From: a plasmid | Sequence record: NZ_CP084508.1 | Direction: 5' to 3' (one strand) | DNA length: 64,000 nucleotides | Shown here: positions 19,422 to 30,975 of the stretch, piece after piece | Layout: the number at the start of each line of letters is the position of its first letter | Numbering within the stretch: the first letter of the stretch is position 1 | Made by a program: the position numbers and the translations under genes | Notes under the pieces: generated by a model | The model's input: only the letters and a program-made list of their open reading frames with translations | The model's database searches: none | Told to the model about the DNA's origin: nothing

Positions 19422-19819
19422 TGCTGAAATACATGCTGGATACCAACATTTGCATCTTCACACTGAAAAACAGACCTGCTCAGGTTCGAGAGAAGTTTAA
19501 CTTGCACCATAATCAAATGTGCATCAGCTCGATTACCCTGATGGAACTGATCTATGGTGCGGAGAAAAGCCAATCCCCTGAGCGTAATCTGGCGGTTATT
19601 GACGGATTTATTGCTCGTTTGACTGTATTGAACTACGACGCACCGGCAGCAGCACACTCCGGCCAGCTGCGCGCAGAGCAAGCTAGATTGGGTCAACCGA
19701 TTGGCCCTTACGATCAGATGATCGCCGGACACGCTCGCAGCCAGGGATTGATTCTTGTCACCAATAATACCCGCGAATTTATGCGCGTCTCTGGGCTGAG
19801 AGTTGAAGATTGGGTATAG
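19421..19819 (+). CDS. vapC: VapC PIN-domain toxin
   Basis: 132 aa MLKYMLDTNICIF...LMELIYGAEKS...VTNNTREF with the PIN acidic residues. Confidence 0.85.
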   Translation: MLKYMLDTNICIFTLKNRPAQVREKFNLHHNQMCISSITLMELIYGAEKSQSPERNLAVIDGFIARLTVLNYDAPAAAHSGQLRAEQARLGQPIGPYDQMIAGHARSQGLILVTNNTREFMRVSGLRVEDWV

Positions 19820-19896
19820 CCTGTCACTCGGCATAGTCAGTACTCGGGCAGTATTCCCAGTCATACCGGTTACATTGCGTTGGTGGATATTCATCA

Positions 19897-22107
19897 TCAA
19901 AAACCATCCCCCAACTCTTCATCACTCACGACATGGCTGTGGTTAACGTTGACTTCCTCTTGGCGCTGTTTATCGCGTAATGTATGAGAGCCGGCTTGCC
20001 ACGCAGCATAGGCGTCGGGATCAACAACCTCACCCTGCACATCAATACCGGGGGGTAACACGTCCTCTTGATCTTGTTGTTCTGGCTGAGCGGATACCTG
20101 CAATTCCTGTAAATCACGCTCAACCCCACCGCCCATCGCGGCTACGGCATCCGTTCCCCCTTGCACAGCGGCAACCACAGCGGCTGCCGCTGTAGTCGCT
20201 GCCATCTTACGGGATACCGTATTGACGGGTTGGCTATCAACAGGCGTGACCGCAGGCTGAGAGGGCTGTACCCCAGCGGCCGCCTGGCTATCGCTTTCAA
20301 ATAAGCCATCGATACTGCGACCCTCTTCTTCTCGTGCCGCCAATACCGCACTCAGGCGCGCCTCGGCATCGGTATCGATCACCCGGGGAATGAACTCCTG
20401 AGCAATACGGGGGCGCGGCTGGTACTTCAACGCCAATTTAATAGCAGGATACGGCCCAGGCAGGGTGACAAAGCAGGTCAAGTCCGGCAGCGTCTGAATA
20501 TCGCTATAACTGACCAGTGTGACGCGCTCCATATCCTTACCAACGGATACCCCATCACGTACCGGATCAGCACCGTAGGAGTATTGCTCACTGGCTTTTT
20601 GGATCTCTTTCTCACCGATTTCCCCCGCCGCAAACTCGGCAATCTGTTTGCTGGGTGAGCGGAAAAAGGCCCGGGTGTTAAGCACATCAAACAGCGTGGC
20701 CGCCCCTTTGACGCCATAGATATCTTCCAGCTGGGCATAGGATTGGAATCCCAGGACATAGCAGCCCCCAAATTTGCGCGCTTCCGGCAGAATTTCGACC
20801 AAATCAGGCAACTTATACAGCGTCGGCAGCTCATCGGCAAAAATCCACACCCGGCGCTGGCGGTTCTCGCCCATCGCCAACAACCCCCGGATTGCGATGG
20901 ATAACCACATGGAGATCACCGGTTTCAGGGAGGCGTGGGTGTCTGCGTTAGAGGAAATGAACAACCAGCCATTCTGGCCATCCTCCCTGACACTGCGCAT
21001 CCAGTCGCGGATCGTGAAGGACTCGCCATTGCACTCGATACCCTGCAGGTAACGAATAGCTTTCACATAGTTGGTCAGTACGGCACGAATGGAGATAGCG
21101 GTCTTTTCAATTTTTTCTTCTACCAGGTTCGCCGCCGGCGAGGACTGCAAGTAGGCACGGAGCTTGTCGATCTTAATGGACAGTAAGGTATCAACCAGCT
21201 TGGCGTAACTACGATCATCGTCCTTACGCATCCGGTAAGCGGCCTCAGCAAAGATGGTTCGCCCCGACCCTTGCCAGAAGGGATCTTCACTGCTGCCCAT
21301 TGGGATCAACGTGTTGGCCACGTTATCGAAATCAGGCTGGGTTAAACATTCGCGCCACAAGTCCCAATTAGCGCAACGCACATCAAGGGGATTGAGAATT
21401 TTATCTTTGGCGGGGTCGTAGTAGCTTTTGACAAATTCACAGGAGCGGTCGTAGACGATAACCATATCGCCCCGCTGGCGGGCATGGTTCATCAGGCGGC
21501 GAATGAACTCCGATTTACCGGAGCCGACCGTACCATGTAAGCAAAAATTCTGGATCTCACTGTCCTTAATCAACGGCAATTTTTCGATTCGGATATCGGA
21601 TTGGCGACCATCTCGCTTTAGCATCGCCGCAACCTCTTTCGGATTATCGGTTAACTGGCGCCCGCCGGTGACTTCATCCTCACTCTGCTTCTTCCCCTGG
21701 TGGCCTAAAATCCAGGAGGCAACAAAGAAGGTAATAAGACAGGTAATACCGCCAATAATGGCCGCCAGAACAAAGCTGCTCCATAACTGCTCGCCACACC
21801 AGATGGTGTATTTATCCTGTAAGATTTGCTCAGCGTTATAGGCGAGCTTCCGGCCATAATATTCAATATGGTAAACCGGCTGCGACCGAAGCAAAGAGCG
21901 CATCGGGGCCAGAGTCTGGCACCACCAATACACGCAACCATTAACAAAGGTCTGCCAGGATAAGCGGGCCATCAACGTTAACGCAGCGATAACCCAAAAA
22001 AGCAGAAAAAGGCAATAAAAAATAATATTGGCAATTTGGCCAAACATGCGAAAACGCATAGAGGCGATCTGACCGCCCTGGGTCATATCTTTGGCATTAA
22101 AACTCAT
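19897..22107 (-). CDS. traD: Type IV coupling protein TraD
   Basis: 736 aa, nearly colinear with F TraD ([18 protein letters not shown]...; Walker [10 protein letters not shown]; acidic C-terminus ending EELGDGF). Confidence 0.95.
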   Translation of the reverse strand: MSFNAKDMTQGGQIASMRFRMFGQIANIIFYCLFLLFWVIAALTLMARLSWQTFVNGCVYWWCQTLAPMRSLLRSQPVYHIEYYGRKLAYNAEQILQDKYTIWCGEQLWSSFVLAAIIGGITCLITFFVASWILGHQGKKQSEDEVTGGRQLTDNPKEVAAMLKRDGRQSDIRIEKLPLIKDSEIQNFCLHGTVGSGKSEFIRRLMNHARQRGDMVIVYDRSCEFVKSYYDPAKDKILNPLDVRCANWDLWRECLTQPDFDNVANTLIPMGSSEDPFWQGSGRTIFAEAAYRMRKDDDRSYAKLVDTLLSIKIDKLRAYLQSSPAANLVEEKIEKTAISIRAVLTNYVKAIRYLQGIECNGESFTIRDWMRSVREDGQNGWLFISSNADTHASLKPVISMWLSIAIRGLLAMGENRQRRVWIFADELPTLYKLPDLVEILPEARKFGGCYVLGFQSYAQLEDIYGVKGAATLFDVLNTRAFFRSPSKQIAEFAAGEIGEKEIQKASEQYSYGADPVRDGVSVGKDMERVTLVSYSDIQTLPDLTCFVTLPGPYPAIKLALKYQPRPRIAQEFIPRVIDTDAEARLSAVLAAREEEGRSIDGLFESDSQAAAGVQPSQPAVTPVDSQPVNTVSRKMAATTAAAAVVAAVQGGTDAVAAMGGGVERDLQELQVSAQPEQQDQEDVLPPGIDVQGEVVDPDAYAAWQAGSHTLRDKQRQEEVNVNHSHVVSDEELGDGF

Positions 22108-22193
22108 AATATTATCTCTTAATCAGCAAGAGCGAAAAGGTCAAGCGTAGAGGAAGTATGCCGCCAGAGAATTACTGACGGCACAGATGCAAA

Positions 22194-22712
22194 TCAGGCG
22201 TTTTTCGAATCTTTAAAAGCACTAATAACGTTGGAGAAAGCGGCTAATTGATAACGACTAAAATCAATCATCATTACTGATATAAACAAAATTGTAAACA
22301 CTATCAAAAACACAAACCAAGAAAAATTAAAAACACCACAAACAATAGCCATAAAAAACAGCAAAATCAATGCTGAAACAGCATAATATTTAACCTTGGA
22401 ACCAACAAAATTATATATCAGTGACTTTTTCCTGAACTCATATGGAACCGACAAAAACAACCCTCGCGCATTCGATGAGCTCATCAATATCATGAAGCCA
22501 ATAATTCCTCCACCACCGACATACATAAGCAATACCATTTGTGATGCATAATCTGATATTGCATATGAAACAATCCCACACAATATCAACCAAGCTACAA
22601 ACAGCAACCCAGGCCACATACATTCCCACATTGTTGGTATTTCCATTTTTCCATTGGAAAGAATAACCTTTAACTCCTCTGTTTCATTTTTTATTTTTTC
22701 ATGTGTAATCAT
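22194..22712 (-). CDS. traS: Entry-exclusion inner-membrane protein at the TraS position
   Basis: 172-aa very hydrophobic, very AT-rich ORF between traG and traD, the locus of the hypervariable traS in F-like plasmids. Assignment is by position only. Confidence 0.4.
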   Translation of the reverse strand: MITHEKIKNETEELKVILSNGKMEIPTMWECMWPGLLFVAWLILCGIVSYAISDYASQMVLLMYVGGGGIIGFMILMSSSNARGLFLSVPYEFRKKSLIYNFVGSKVKYYAVSALILLFFMAIVCGVFNFSWFVFLIVFTILFISVMMIDFSRYQLAAFSNVISAFKDSKNA

Positions 22713-25564
22713 TTTTTATGCCCTCGAACATACTCATCTTGGAGCTTATTTGCCTTTTCTAATAATTCCTCTTTTGTATTCGCTCCGGGAATTAAATTCA
22801 TTCTATCTTTTGCTGATTGATAACCAACATGGTGTTTATCTTGTTGCTGCTTATACTCCTGCCCTAAGTGACTATATTCCCCTTTGACTTCAGATGACTG
22901 ATTATTGATCTCATTTTTAGCAGAATGCTGCCGGTTCTGGTTTTCATCGATCATGTGATCGACTTTACCTTGTACATTATGAGGAAGATCTGCCTGCTGA
23001 GTCTGACGTTCAATAGTCGCACTATTGGCTTGATAGTCCGCCATCACATCGGCCTGATTACCGCCCGCTGATACCACGCCCATCCCTTGCCCGGCCAGCT
23101 GACGACTATGCGCATACTCGCCATCAACACGCGGTGTGACTTGTTCACGCACAAACTCACGCGCCAGTTCTTCCCGCTGGGCGGCAACTTCAGGCGACGC
23201 AGTGTTGGTCAGGATAGCCTCCGCATTTTCTGGTGCACGTTGCTGCACAAAGCTCACAAACTGTTGTGTCAGGTTTTCACTCATCTGCCCACTCATGCTT
23301 TCAGTCCGAGAAGCCATTTCCGCATACTCATGGCTGCGAGTATTGCTGGCCGTATACTGGTCGTAACTGTTCTTGGCTGAACTCAGTGAAGCAGACAACT
23401 GATCCACGCGTGAGGCTGCATTATTCTCGGTATGGCTCCCTGACTGGCTAGTCCGGTGACTACTCAGATAATCCAGGCTCTCCTTAAAGTCCTGAGCTGC
23501 TTGAGCACTGCTACTTTGCCGGTTTTCATCTGTTTGGCGATGCCCATCTGTGATGCTGTCATTCGAACCATTACTACCGGACCATCCCAAACCTCCTTTT
23601 GCTCCGCCATACGCACTAAGGCCAGTTCCCCACTTGCCTAATTTTGTTGCTAGCATATCTCCAGAGTCCCACTTCCCTCCCAGATAAGCCTCTGCATTGG
23701 CTGTCCACCGGGAAGACTTATCCATCAACGTGTTAAATGCCTGCTCATTACTCATATTATGAGCTTTGGCATAGCTCTGCACCGCATTCCACATCTGGCC
23801 ACGTGCCATCGACTCCTGGGTATTTTGGGAATTATCTGCGCCACTGACATAACTGCTGCTACTTCCCATATTGGAGCCAAACTGCTTCAAGCTATTCCAG
23901 GCGCTGCTTACACTATTGGTATAACCTTGTAATGCACTTTCAGCCTGCACCGCTGACTCGCGCGCCATTTGCTGTTGCACACTGGCAATCTGCCGCGTCA
24001 CATTAATATCGACGGGCAGTTTCGACATGGCGCTACTGCTGTCATAAACCATATTGCCATCCCGCGTTTGTGTCGCCGTTCCCCCTGCGCCGGTTTGATG
24101 GGTCATTTGTCCAAACGACGTAGAGCTATTGGTATTCCAGCTATAACCGTTGACGTTTTCCGTCTGCATATTGCCAAACGCATAATTACCATCAACCGCA
24201 CTGGATGAGGCGGAGGTTGTTGAACTGAGCGAGGCTGACCCCAAGGATGAGCTGATACTTGAAAACACCTGTCCCAAACCCATGACCATTTTCCAGGAGA
24301 GGAACGGGATCATCATCGAGATATAGCCTGCAGTCGTGGCGATATCAGAATATTTCACCTGCACCTGTGACAGCTCAGATAATACAACCGGCACACCATT
24401 CTGTTTTGCATAATAGGTCATTGCACTATTGAGTATGGCATATAATAACGGCCATGTCTGTAGCCACATAAAAGTAAATAGATAACCTTTGAGCACCGTC
24501 ATGGTTATCATATTAAACATCCCTGCAATCATCATTACCGGGAATAATCCAATCAGTATTCCCATGATAATAACCTGCATCATGGGCAGTGATCGTAATG
24601 CCACCTGGCCGACAGACGCATGCGCCAAACGTTGTTTTTCTAGTGAGGAAGTCGTAGCTATATTCATCAGGCTGGCGGTATCGCCATTACGTGCAGCATA
24701 GCTGACAATCCCACCCCGTAATGCATTCAGGGTGACATTCTGGCGCAATATCTGTGCCGCATTTTTTGATGATCCGTAAAAATAATTGTAGCTATCGCCG
24801 ATCAATTGACTAAATAGTAAATCAGGATTAGGGCGCCCCCCAAAAAGCTGTTGAACATAATAGCGCCAAGTTGTCCCACCGGTTTTGCTGTCGAGCGCTA
24901 ACATCCCCTTTAGATAAACCGCAGCTTCGGCACAAGTACGGAAATTATTATCTTTGTCAAAAATACCTCGCAATGGACTTGGTTTAGAAAAAATAAGCGT
25001 ATACGGATCTGGGGAACTCATTAAATCTTCGAAAGTGTATTTGTGATTAAGGAAAATATCGCCCATCACACAGTTTTGCACATAGTCCGTAAACAGATTG
25101 GTCATTTCAGGATTACGGGATAAGAAATCCGTGCTACGCGCCACCAGATTCGCCCCGAACAACATCCCCGTCTTACTGTAGGTCACACTGTCGGGCTGGG
25201 CAAAGACCATCTCATACCCTCGTACCAAGGCATGGCCGATACGTGTTGTCAGGGAAGCCGGTAACGCTAATCCCACCGGGACATTATCGACCTGATAAAC
25301 ACGCATCATATCACTGGTATCGATGATCTGAATGGGCGAACGTATCCCCACCATCATCCAGATCACCGTAAGAGATACGGCCCAACCCAACATATCCATC
25401 ACGTTGTGCCGACGAACCCAGCTGATTGCCACCGCCAGGACCGAAAACAAAATCCCCATTCGCTGCAGCGTATTCCAGGTATCTGTACCCATAAAGGCCG
25501 CAATGGCGTTAAAGGTGCCGCGCAACCATTCACCACCGGCAATGGTATAAATCTCGAGCATCAC
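22709..25564 (-). CDS. traG: Mating-pair stabilisation / entry-exclusion protein TraG (VirB6-like N-terminus)
   Basis: 951 aa, colinear with F TraG (MLEIYTIAGGEWLRGTFNAIAAFMGT...; polytopic N-terminal half, Ser/Gln-rich periplasmic C-terminal half). Confidence 0.9.
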   Translation of the reverse strand: MMLEIYTIAGGEWLRGTFNAIAAFMGTDTWNTLQRMGILFSVLAVAISWVRRHNVMDMLGWAVSLTVIWMMVGIRSPIQIIDTSDMMRVYQVDNVPVGLALPASLTTRIGHALVRGYEMVFAQPDSVTYSKTGMLFGANLVARSTDFLSRNPEMTNLFTDYVQNCVMGDIFLNHKYTFEDLMSSPDPYTLIFSKPSPLRGIFDKDNNFRTCAEAAVYLKGMLALDSKTGGTTWRYYVQQLFGGRPNPDLLFSQLIGDSYNYFYGSSKNAAQILRQNVTLNALRGGIVSYAARNGDTASLMNIATTSSLEKQRLAHASVGQVALRSLPMMQVIIMGILIGLFPVMMIAGMFNMITMTVLKGYLFTFMWLQTWPLLYAILNSAMTYYAKQNGVPVVLSELSQVQVKYSDIATTAGYISMMIPFLSWKMVMGLGQVFSSISSSLGSASLSSTTSASSSAVDGNYAFGNMQTENVNGYSWNTNSSTSFGQMTHQTGAGGTATQTRDGNMVYDSSSAMSKLPVDINVTRQIASVQQQMARESAVQAESALQGYTNSVSSAWNSLKQFGSNMGSSSSYVSGADNSQNTQESMARGQMWNAVQSYAKAHNMSNEQAFNTLMDKSSRWTANAEAYLGGKWDSGDMLATKLGKWGTGLSAYGGAKGGLGWSGSNGSNDSITDGHRQTDENRQSSSAQAAQDFKESLDYLSSHRTSQSGSHTENNAASRVDQLSASLSSAKNSYDQYTASNTRSHEYAEMASRTESMSGQMSENLTQQFVSFVQQRAPENAEAILTNTASPEVAAQREELAREFVREQVTPRVDGEYAHSRQLAGQGMGVVSAGGNQADVMADYQANSATIERQTQQADLPHNVQGKVDHMIDENQNRQHSAKNEINNQSSEVKGEYSHLGQEYKQQQDKHHVGYQSAKDRMNLIPGANTKEELLEKANKLQDEYVRGHKK

Positions 25565-26928
25565 TGTACCCCGCTAAAGTGGTAGTTATTCTGATAACGC
25601 GTCATCATTCGGGCAGAAACCTGTTGGCGCATATAACTCATTTGGCGATCAATAACCAAGAGGGCATCTTGTTGAACCTGTACCCGTGACTGGAACGCGG
25701 CAATTTGTTGCGTTGCTTGGTTAAGGTTATCAATGACCTTATCCATGGCCGCCTCGTCATAATTACTCACCGCCAACGACGCACGGGCCTGCTGGATCAA
25801 CTCCTGAATGTACTGCAGCAAGATGTCATAGCCAATATAGTCGGTCAGTTGATACAGCAAACTGTTGGAGACACCCAGCATCTGCGGATCGACCAAATAT
25901 TTAAAAACGGGGATGGTGGTACTGGAGATAAATCCCTTCTCCTGATCCGTTAATTTATCATCCGTTATTGCTTTATTTTGGATACTTGTTAATAAATGGC
26001 GAATTTGTTCCTTAAACGCCCTATTCCGGCTGATCGTGACACTACTATTGGGCACGACCTTCAAGCATTTATCAGCATCATTACAGTGATAGATTTGTGC
26101 AGTCCCACCCTCCATCATCGCTTTAACCAAATCCCGATCGGTTGTTCTGGCAGGTAGTGGCGTTATTTCTCCATCGGGGCCAAACACCAGGGAGCCGGTC
26201 AGGGTCATGATGAACTCCTTCAACTCCTTGTTGCCATCGAACATGCGGTTTTTAGCCAGGGCATGCCAGATCAGATTCAAATTTTTAGTAACACGCTCCT
26301 TATCCTTATCCGAAGCCTTGTCGCGAACACTATCTAACTTTCCACCGACGGTACATCCCTGGCGTGATGCAGCCCAATCCGCAAAGATATTGCTCTCACC
26401 GGCAATATCCTGGCAGACCTTCTGTTGGGAGACCTGGGTTCGAGGAAGTAACCCACCGACGATGCCTTGTGCCGCCTGGCATGAGCTGAGGTTCATGCTG
26501 TTAATGTCATTAGCCATCTTCTGTAAAAAATCTTTGGCTTGTTTAATCTCCGGCACCGTAGTCTGCAATGCCAGGTCAAAAAAGTAGCCGGCTGCATTGG
26601 ACATAATTTGTTTAGCAAAACGTTGTAACTGTTCGCCGTTAATGAAACTGAATGCTCCCAAATAGGCATCAATCCCCCCACAACCCGTGTTAAGCCCTGG
26701 TACAGTCATCGAAATCAGCTGTATCTGTTTTACCTGTGTGCGTGCATACAGTGAGCCGCCAGATGCGTAGCCCGCCGCCTGCCCCTGCCAGACCTGGGGC
26801 TGGCTGGTATTGGACGCAAAACCGAGGCGGTTGAAGAAGTTGTTCATATCATTATTCACATCCGCTGTCGCCGCACAGGACAGACCGAATAATGTACCGC
26901 ACAAAAAAGCCACCTTACGCAGGGTCAT
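25561..26928 (-). CDS. traH: TraH pilus assembly / mating pair stabilisation protein
   Basis: 455 aa with a signal peptide and long identity runs to F TraH (ADVNNDMNNFFNRLGFASNT...YQLTDYIGYDILLQYIQELIQQARA...). Confidence 0.9.
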   Translation of the reverse strand: MTLRKVAFLCGTLFGLSCAATADVNNDMNNFFNRLGFASNTSQPQVWQGQAAGYASGGSLYARTQVKQIQLISMTVPGLNTGCGGIDAYLGAFSFINGEQLQRFAKQIMSNAAGYFFDLALQTTVPEIKQAKDFLQKMANDINSMNLSSCQAAQGIVGGLLPRTQVSQQKVCQDIAGESNIFADWAASRQGCTVGGKLDSVRDKASDKDKERVTKNLNLIWHALAKNRMFDGNKELKEFIMTLTGSLVFGPDGEITPLPARTTDRDLVKAMMEGGTAQIYHCNDADKCLKVVPNSSVTISRNRAFKEQIRHLLTSIQNKAITDDKLTDQEKGFISSTTIPVFKYLVDPQMLGVSNSLLYQLTDYIGYDILLQYIQELIQQARASLAVSNYDEAAMDKVIDNLNQATQQIAAFQSRVQVQQDALLVIDRQMSYMRQQVSARMMTRYQNNYHFSGVQ

Positions 26929-27464
26929 GGTTTTCGCTCCATCATGGTTTCCTGAAACACCGTATCAAGCCGGGTTAAAAACGCCTGACTATCGGTAGCC
27001 CCCTGTAACAGCGGCCAGGTCGCCAGCGTATTCACGTTCACCAGGAATGTTGTCGGGGTGGCGATCGGCATCGGCGCCGGAAAAAAGGCCTGCATCACCG
27101 CCACAGGGGCCGGTAACGCCGTGGGATAGGCCTCATCCCCCTGCCCATCGATGGTGTAGGGAAAAACCGATAACCCAATCTGTTCACTGAGGGACTTCAA
27201 CAGCGGATCAAAACGCTGGCAGTACGGGCAGTGCCCCTGCATGAATAACACCACCTTCCACTGGCTTAAATCGACACGCTGACCATTACTCAGGGTGTAC
27301 CAGCGTGCGGCCGGTCGAGAAGGCGCGGGATCTGCGGGTACGGCTTTATCGGCTGTCGCCAATCCCTTCGGGTTATAAAGTGCCGCCACATCATCGCGCA
27401 CCGACGCCTGGACGGCACCGACCATCAGCAGTGCCACGACAAGACTACGCATCGCCATTTTCAT
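26925..27464 (-). CDS. trbB: TrbB periplasmic thioredoxin-fold disulfide isomerase
   Basis: CPYC active-site motif (GHCPYCQRF), a signal peptide, and the position between traQ and traH. Confidence 0.8.
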   Translation of the reverse strand: MKMAMRSLVVALLMVGAVQASVRDDVAALYNPKGLATADKAVPADPAPSRPAARWYTLSNGQRVDLSQWKVVLFMQGHCPYCQRFDPLLKSLSEQIGLSVFPYTIDGQGDEAYPTALPAPVAVMQAFFPAPMPIATPTTFLVNVNTLATWPLLQGATDSQAFLTRLDTVFQETMMERKP

Positions 27465-27678
27465 CATGCTGACGCTCCTTACGCTCAATATCGGCCAGCC
27501 ATTTATTCAAAATCTTGTAGCCCCCCACGATCACCATCACCACGGCAATCAGTTCGGCCAGCTGGATAGCCATCACCGGCTGTTTGCGTACCAGGCGGGC
27601 AACAATATGAAACCAGGTACCCACGGCCACTACCCACATCCCGGTAATATCAATGTCAGGGAAACGAAATTTACGCAT
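27445..27678 (-). CDS. traQ: Pilin chaperone TraQ
   Basis: The GMWVVAVGTWFHIVARLV core matches F TraQ. Small inner-membrane protein after traF. Confidence 0.7.
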   Translation of the reverse strand: MRKFRFPDIDITGMWVVAVGTWFHIVARLVRKQPVMAIQLAELIAVVMVIVGGYKILNKWLADIERKERQHDENGDA

Positions 27679-27688
27679 ACAGGTCACC

Positions 27689-28441
27689 TTAGAAATTGGG
27701 TTTAAAATCGGTCGAGACATTCAGGAACTGCTTGGCCAAATCGTCCTGACTGATAAAGCCATAAGAGAGCGGTTTCACGGTGCCAGCACGCGGATCGACC
27801 AGCATCATGGCGGGGAAATAACGCACACCCAGCCGGGCGGCCTGCCCCTGATCCTGACGGGTATCGGGCAACAAGGGGCTGACAACGCCATCGACGGTCA
27901 CCGGAATAACACTGAGGTGATAGGTTTCGCGGAAATTTTTAATCACCTGTGCCAACTGGCCATCAATCGGCTCTTTCCCGCGATAAAACACCATCACGCC
28001 ATAATGCTGGCTGAGTTTTTCGATCGCCTCGCGTTGCTGGGCATAATCGGCCGCCAGCTGATTTTTAACGGTGCCGTTGTAGTGGCTGTATTTCAGGTTG
28101 TAATCCAGCTCCGGGTGCTCAAGCATGGCTTTTTTAGCACTCATGGAAAATAACCCTGCCTGCTGCGTCCAATAATTCTGTAGCTGGAAATAACGAACAA
28201 AGTGAGGCACGCTGGGATAAAGGATAGCGTTATATAAGGCTTCTTTTGTCCCAGCCTGTAATCGCGCCAACTTATCCATAATAGTAGCGTCTTGGGTAAT
28301 TTTTGGCTCAGGGGATGGTTTAGGCTTATCTTCATCCTGCTGTTTTACCGGTTCATTATACCACTGCCATCCCGCATCCTGCGCCAGAGAAACCACCGGC
28401 ATGATTAATGATAAACAAGCAACAAGCGTCAGAACACGCAT
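27689..28441 (-). CDS. traF: TraF thioredoxin-like pilus assembly protein
   Basis: DAGWQWYNEP... and C-terminal LSYGFISQDDLAKQFLNVSTDFKPNF are near-identical to F TraF. Confidence 0.85.
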   Translation of the reverse strand: MRVLTLVACLSLIMPVVSLAQDAGWQWYNEPVKQQDEDKPKPSPEPKITQDATIMDKLARLQAGTKEALYNAILYPSVPHFVRYFQLQNYWTQQAGLFSMSAKKAMLEHPELDYNLKYSHYNGTVKNQLAADYAQQREAIEKLSQHYGVMVFYRGKEPIDGQLAQVIKNFRETYHLSVIPVTVDGVVSPLLPDTRQDQGQAARLGVRYFPAMMLVDPRAGTVKPLSYGFISQDDLAKQFLNVSTDFKPNF

Positions 28442-28471
28442 GGCGTACTCCAATGGAAAATTAACAGAGAT

Positions 28472-30307
28472 TTATTTGGTAACGCGCTTCATCTTATCGG
28501 CGATCTGATCACGCACCCGATTTAATAACGCATCATGATTTGGCATTGACTGATTTTTCATTAAGTCCTCAGAGAAATCAGCAAAATCCAGGCGGTCAAA
28601 ATTAATTCGCTGTAACTCCTCTACGGTGATCCCCCGACAATCGGGACCGCTAGCATCACCGAACCCAACACCCAGCTGCCATTCCCGGCCTTGTTGCTGT
28701 ACTATTTTCGCCAGAATACTGTCAAACTGACAGTAGCTCCGTTTCTTTTCTACACAAACGCCCAAGACTTTCTTTGAACAAAACTCCCCGACGCTCACCG
28801 TCAGTTTTTTCGTCTTCGCTTTGGCCAAGGCTTTTTCTTCACTGCTGCAATGCGCCAAGCCTAAATCCTGTCCCCACCCCGAGTCGGTACAGCAATTACT
28901 GAACCCCACAGCAAACTTCTTGCAAAACTTGGGCTGGCCGGTAAAGGCACGCACATCAATGCCATTCATCGCGGCGATATCCTTACCGGCTGCCGCCACC
29001 GCCGCCAGCTCGGAAACAGCCTGAACAAAGTCATTCCCTTTCGTACCATTTTGGGTTTTGTCACAAGTCCCATCGAGGCAGAATACATCCCCTCCGCAGA
29101 TCATCATCTTTCCACTGGTCCGGGTTTCACAGGAAAAGGTGGCATTCTCATGCAAACAGATCCCCTCTTCAGAACTAAAGGCGCATTTGCGGGTCGCTAG
29201 CGTACAGGCCGGATTTTTCATATACGCATCACAGGTACCATTGTTGGCTGGCTGCGTCATATAGGTGTCTTTATATTGCCAACAGTCACTATAAAGCGAA
29301 TAGTTTTTCCCCTCTTGTTGAATGCTGCGCGTCCCGCCGGGAGAAATACATTCCTGTTTTAGCGGTTTTCCCTCTCGCTTATCAAAGGGGCAATTTTCCG
29401 TCCAGACAATACGTGGCTTAAATTCCTTTGAGCCGGTTTTAACATGCAGCGTGATAACAAAATACCCACTATGTCGATTGTAAAAATTAACCGTCATCCA
29501 GGGCATGCCAACATGGGAAGTAAACATCGTAATTTTTTGACCCGGTGAAATTCTGCCTTTAGGATAAAACGCATGCGTTCCCGAGTTCAGCGAAACCCAC
29601 GTCCCCAAGACGTTAAGTGTCATATCCGTCGTAAAATCCAACTGATTATGGGCCAGCTTTGCCCACATGATTTCGCCGCTCATCCCAGCAGGGACGGTAA
29701 AACGCACCTCAGCCCGATAGTGCCCCTCGGTAAAGGTCAATTTTCTGGAGTCGATAATAATATCCTGCTCAACCGTTGAATCGACCCAATCACCCACAAT
29801 CGAGGCCGTCCGGGTACAATATTGATCGACCTGGACATCCCGCTCACAGGTATAGTTGGTAAACTCACTGCGTGTAACCGTCTTGGCCTCACAAGCCATC
29901 TTGTCTTTGCCCACAATACTGTCAGCCCGCTTTTCCACATCCTGGGCTGCCTTAATAAAGGGGGCATCCGGCGAGATAGGCTCTTTGGGATTATTGAGCA
30001 CCGAGTCATTCACCGCTTTACCGACCTCACTTTTACTCCAGTGCTGTGATCCCTGGTTTTTTAGCGCACTGTCATCCGAGGCCGTCACACCACCGTAATA
30101 CGCTTGCTGAGGGGGTGTTGCCGTGTAATTGGGGATCGCTGCAGCCGGGTTGAAGTTCTTCAGTGTGCTATTCCCTTGCCCTTGTACCTGTTTGGCAAAA
30201 TCGGCCCCTGCCCGGTAATCGGTTTGGCCATCGGCCCACGCTGCCATCACAACGCCGATTAAGGTTAACGCGCCTAATCGACATCGCCATGCTGTCCCCT
30301 TAGCCAT
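28472..30307 (-). CDS. traN: Mating-pair stabilisation outer-membrane protein TraN
   Basis: Cys-rich C-terminal half (CAFSSEEGICLHENATFSCE...CGGDVFCLDGTCD...) colinear with F TraN. Confidence 0.9.
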   Translation of the reverse strand: MAKGTAWRCRLGALTLIGVVMAAWADGQTDYRAGADFAKQVQGQGNSTLKNFNPAAAIPNYTATPPQQAYYGGVTASDDSALKNQGSQHWSKSEVGKAVNDSVLNNPKEPISPDAPFIKAAQDVEKRADSIVGKDKMACEAKTVTRSEFTNYTCERDVQVDQYCTRTASIVGDWVDSTVEQDIIIDSRKLTFTEGHYRAEVRFTVPAGMSGEIMWAKLAHNQLDFTTDMTLNVLGTWVSLNSGTHAFYPKGRISPGQKITMFTSHVGMPWMTVNFYNRHSGYFVITLHVKTGSKEFKPRIVWTENCPFDKREGKPLKQECISPGGTRSIQQEGKNYSLYSDCWQYKDTYMTQPANNGTCDAYMKNPACTLATRKCAFSSEEGICLHENATFSCETRTSGKMMICGGDVFCLDGTCDKTQNGTKGNDFVQAVSELAAVAAAGKDIAAMNGIDVRAFTGQPKFCKKFAVGFSNCCTDSGWGQDLGLAHCSSEEKALAKAKTKKLTVSVGEFCSKKVLGVCVEKKRSYCQFDSILAKIVQQQGREWQLGVGFGDASGPDCRGITVEELQRINFDRLDFADFSEDLMKNQSMPNHDALLNRVRDQIADKMKRVTK

Positions 30308-30965
30308 GATGCCCCTCCTGCTGCAAAATCTGTTGTGCCTCGCCAGCACAGGTCCCTTGCTCCACCACTTTCTGTAACGCTAAATCCAGCCGCAGATTGC
30401 CCCGGATCACATCAAAGCCCTGCTCGCAACGCACGACCAGCGCCGGTACGCTGTTGATGCCGTACTGGCTGTAGAGCGTGGGGTCTATTTGAACGCCCTC
30501 CGTTGCGCCGTTTTGCACCAGCTGTGACACGGCGTCTACGGTTTGCTTCATGTCGTTATTCACCAAGCCGCGTAACGTCACCGGAATGGCATAGCGCCCT
30601 GCCTCTTGCAGCATGCGCTTGAGCCCGGTCTCGGGGATCGAGAACGACACAAAATAGAGGGCACCGGCTGCCGTTTTCTCCCCGGTACGCTGTTGTTGTT
30701 GCACCAGGCTCTCCAGATAGCGGCGATTGCCGGCATCCAATGGATTGTCCTGAACCTGTTTTTTTAACCACTGCTCCAGCTCAGGATGCGGCGTTTCCCG
30801 TAGACGCTGAGCGAAATCCTCCTGCTGTTTTAACCACTGGCGATCGGCCTCTGACGGTGCTCTTGATGCCATGGTCGAGGTATCTAGCTGTACGCTGGTA
30901 TTGGGTGACGCGATGGCTGCAAGGGGGGCAATCAGCGCGGCCAACGCCGTTTGTCGTAAATTCAT
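30300..30965 (-). CDS. trbC: TrbC periplasmic pilus-assembly protein
   Basis: Signal peptide plus position between traU and traN; size and composition as F TrbC. Confidence 0.75.
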   Translation of the reverse strand: MNLRQTALAALIAPLAAIASPNTSVQLDTSTMASRAPSEADRQWLKQQEDFAQRLRETPHPELEQWLKKQVQDNPLDAGNRRYLESLVQQQQRTGEKTAAGALYFVSFSIPETGLKRMLQEAGRYAIPVTLRGLVNNDMKQTVDAVSQLVQNGATEGVQIDPTLYSQYGINSVPALVVRCEQGFDVIRGNLRLDLALQKVVEQGTCAGEAQQILQQEGHHG

Positions 30966-30975
30966 GCGAGACTCC

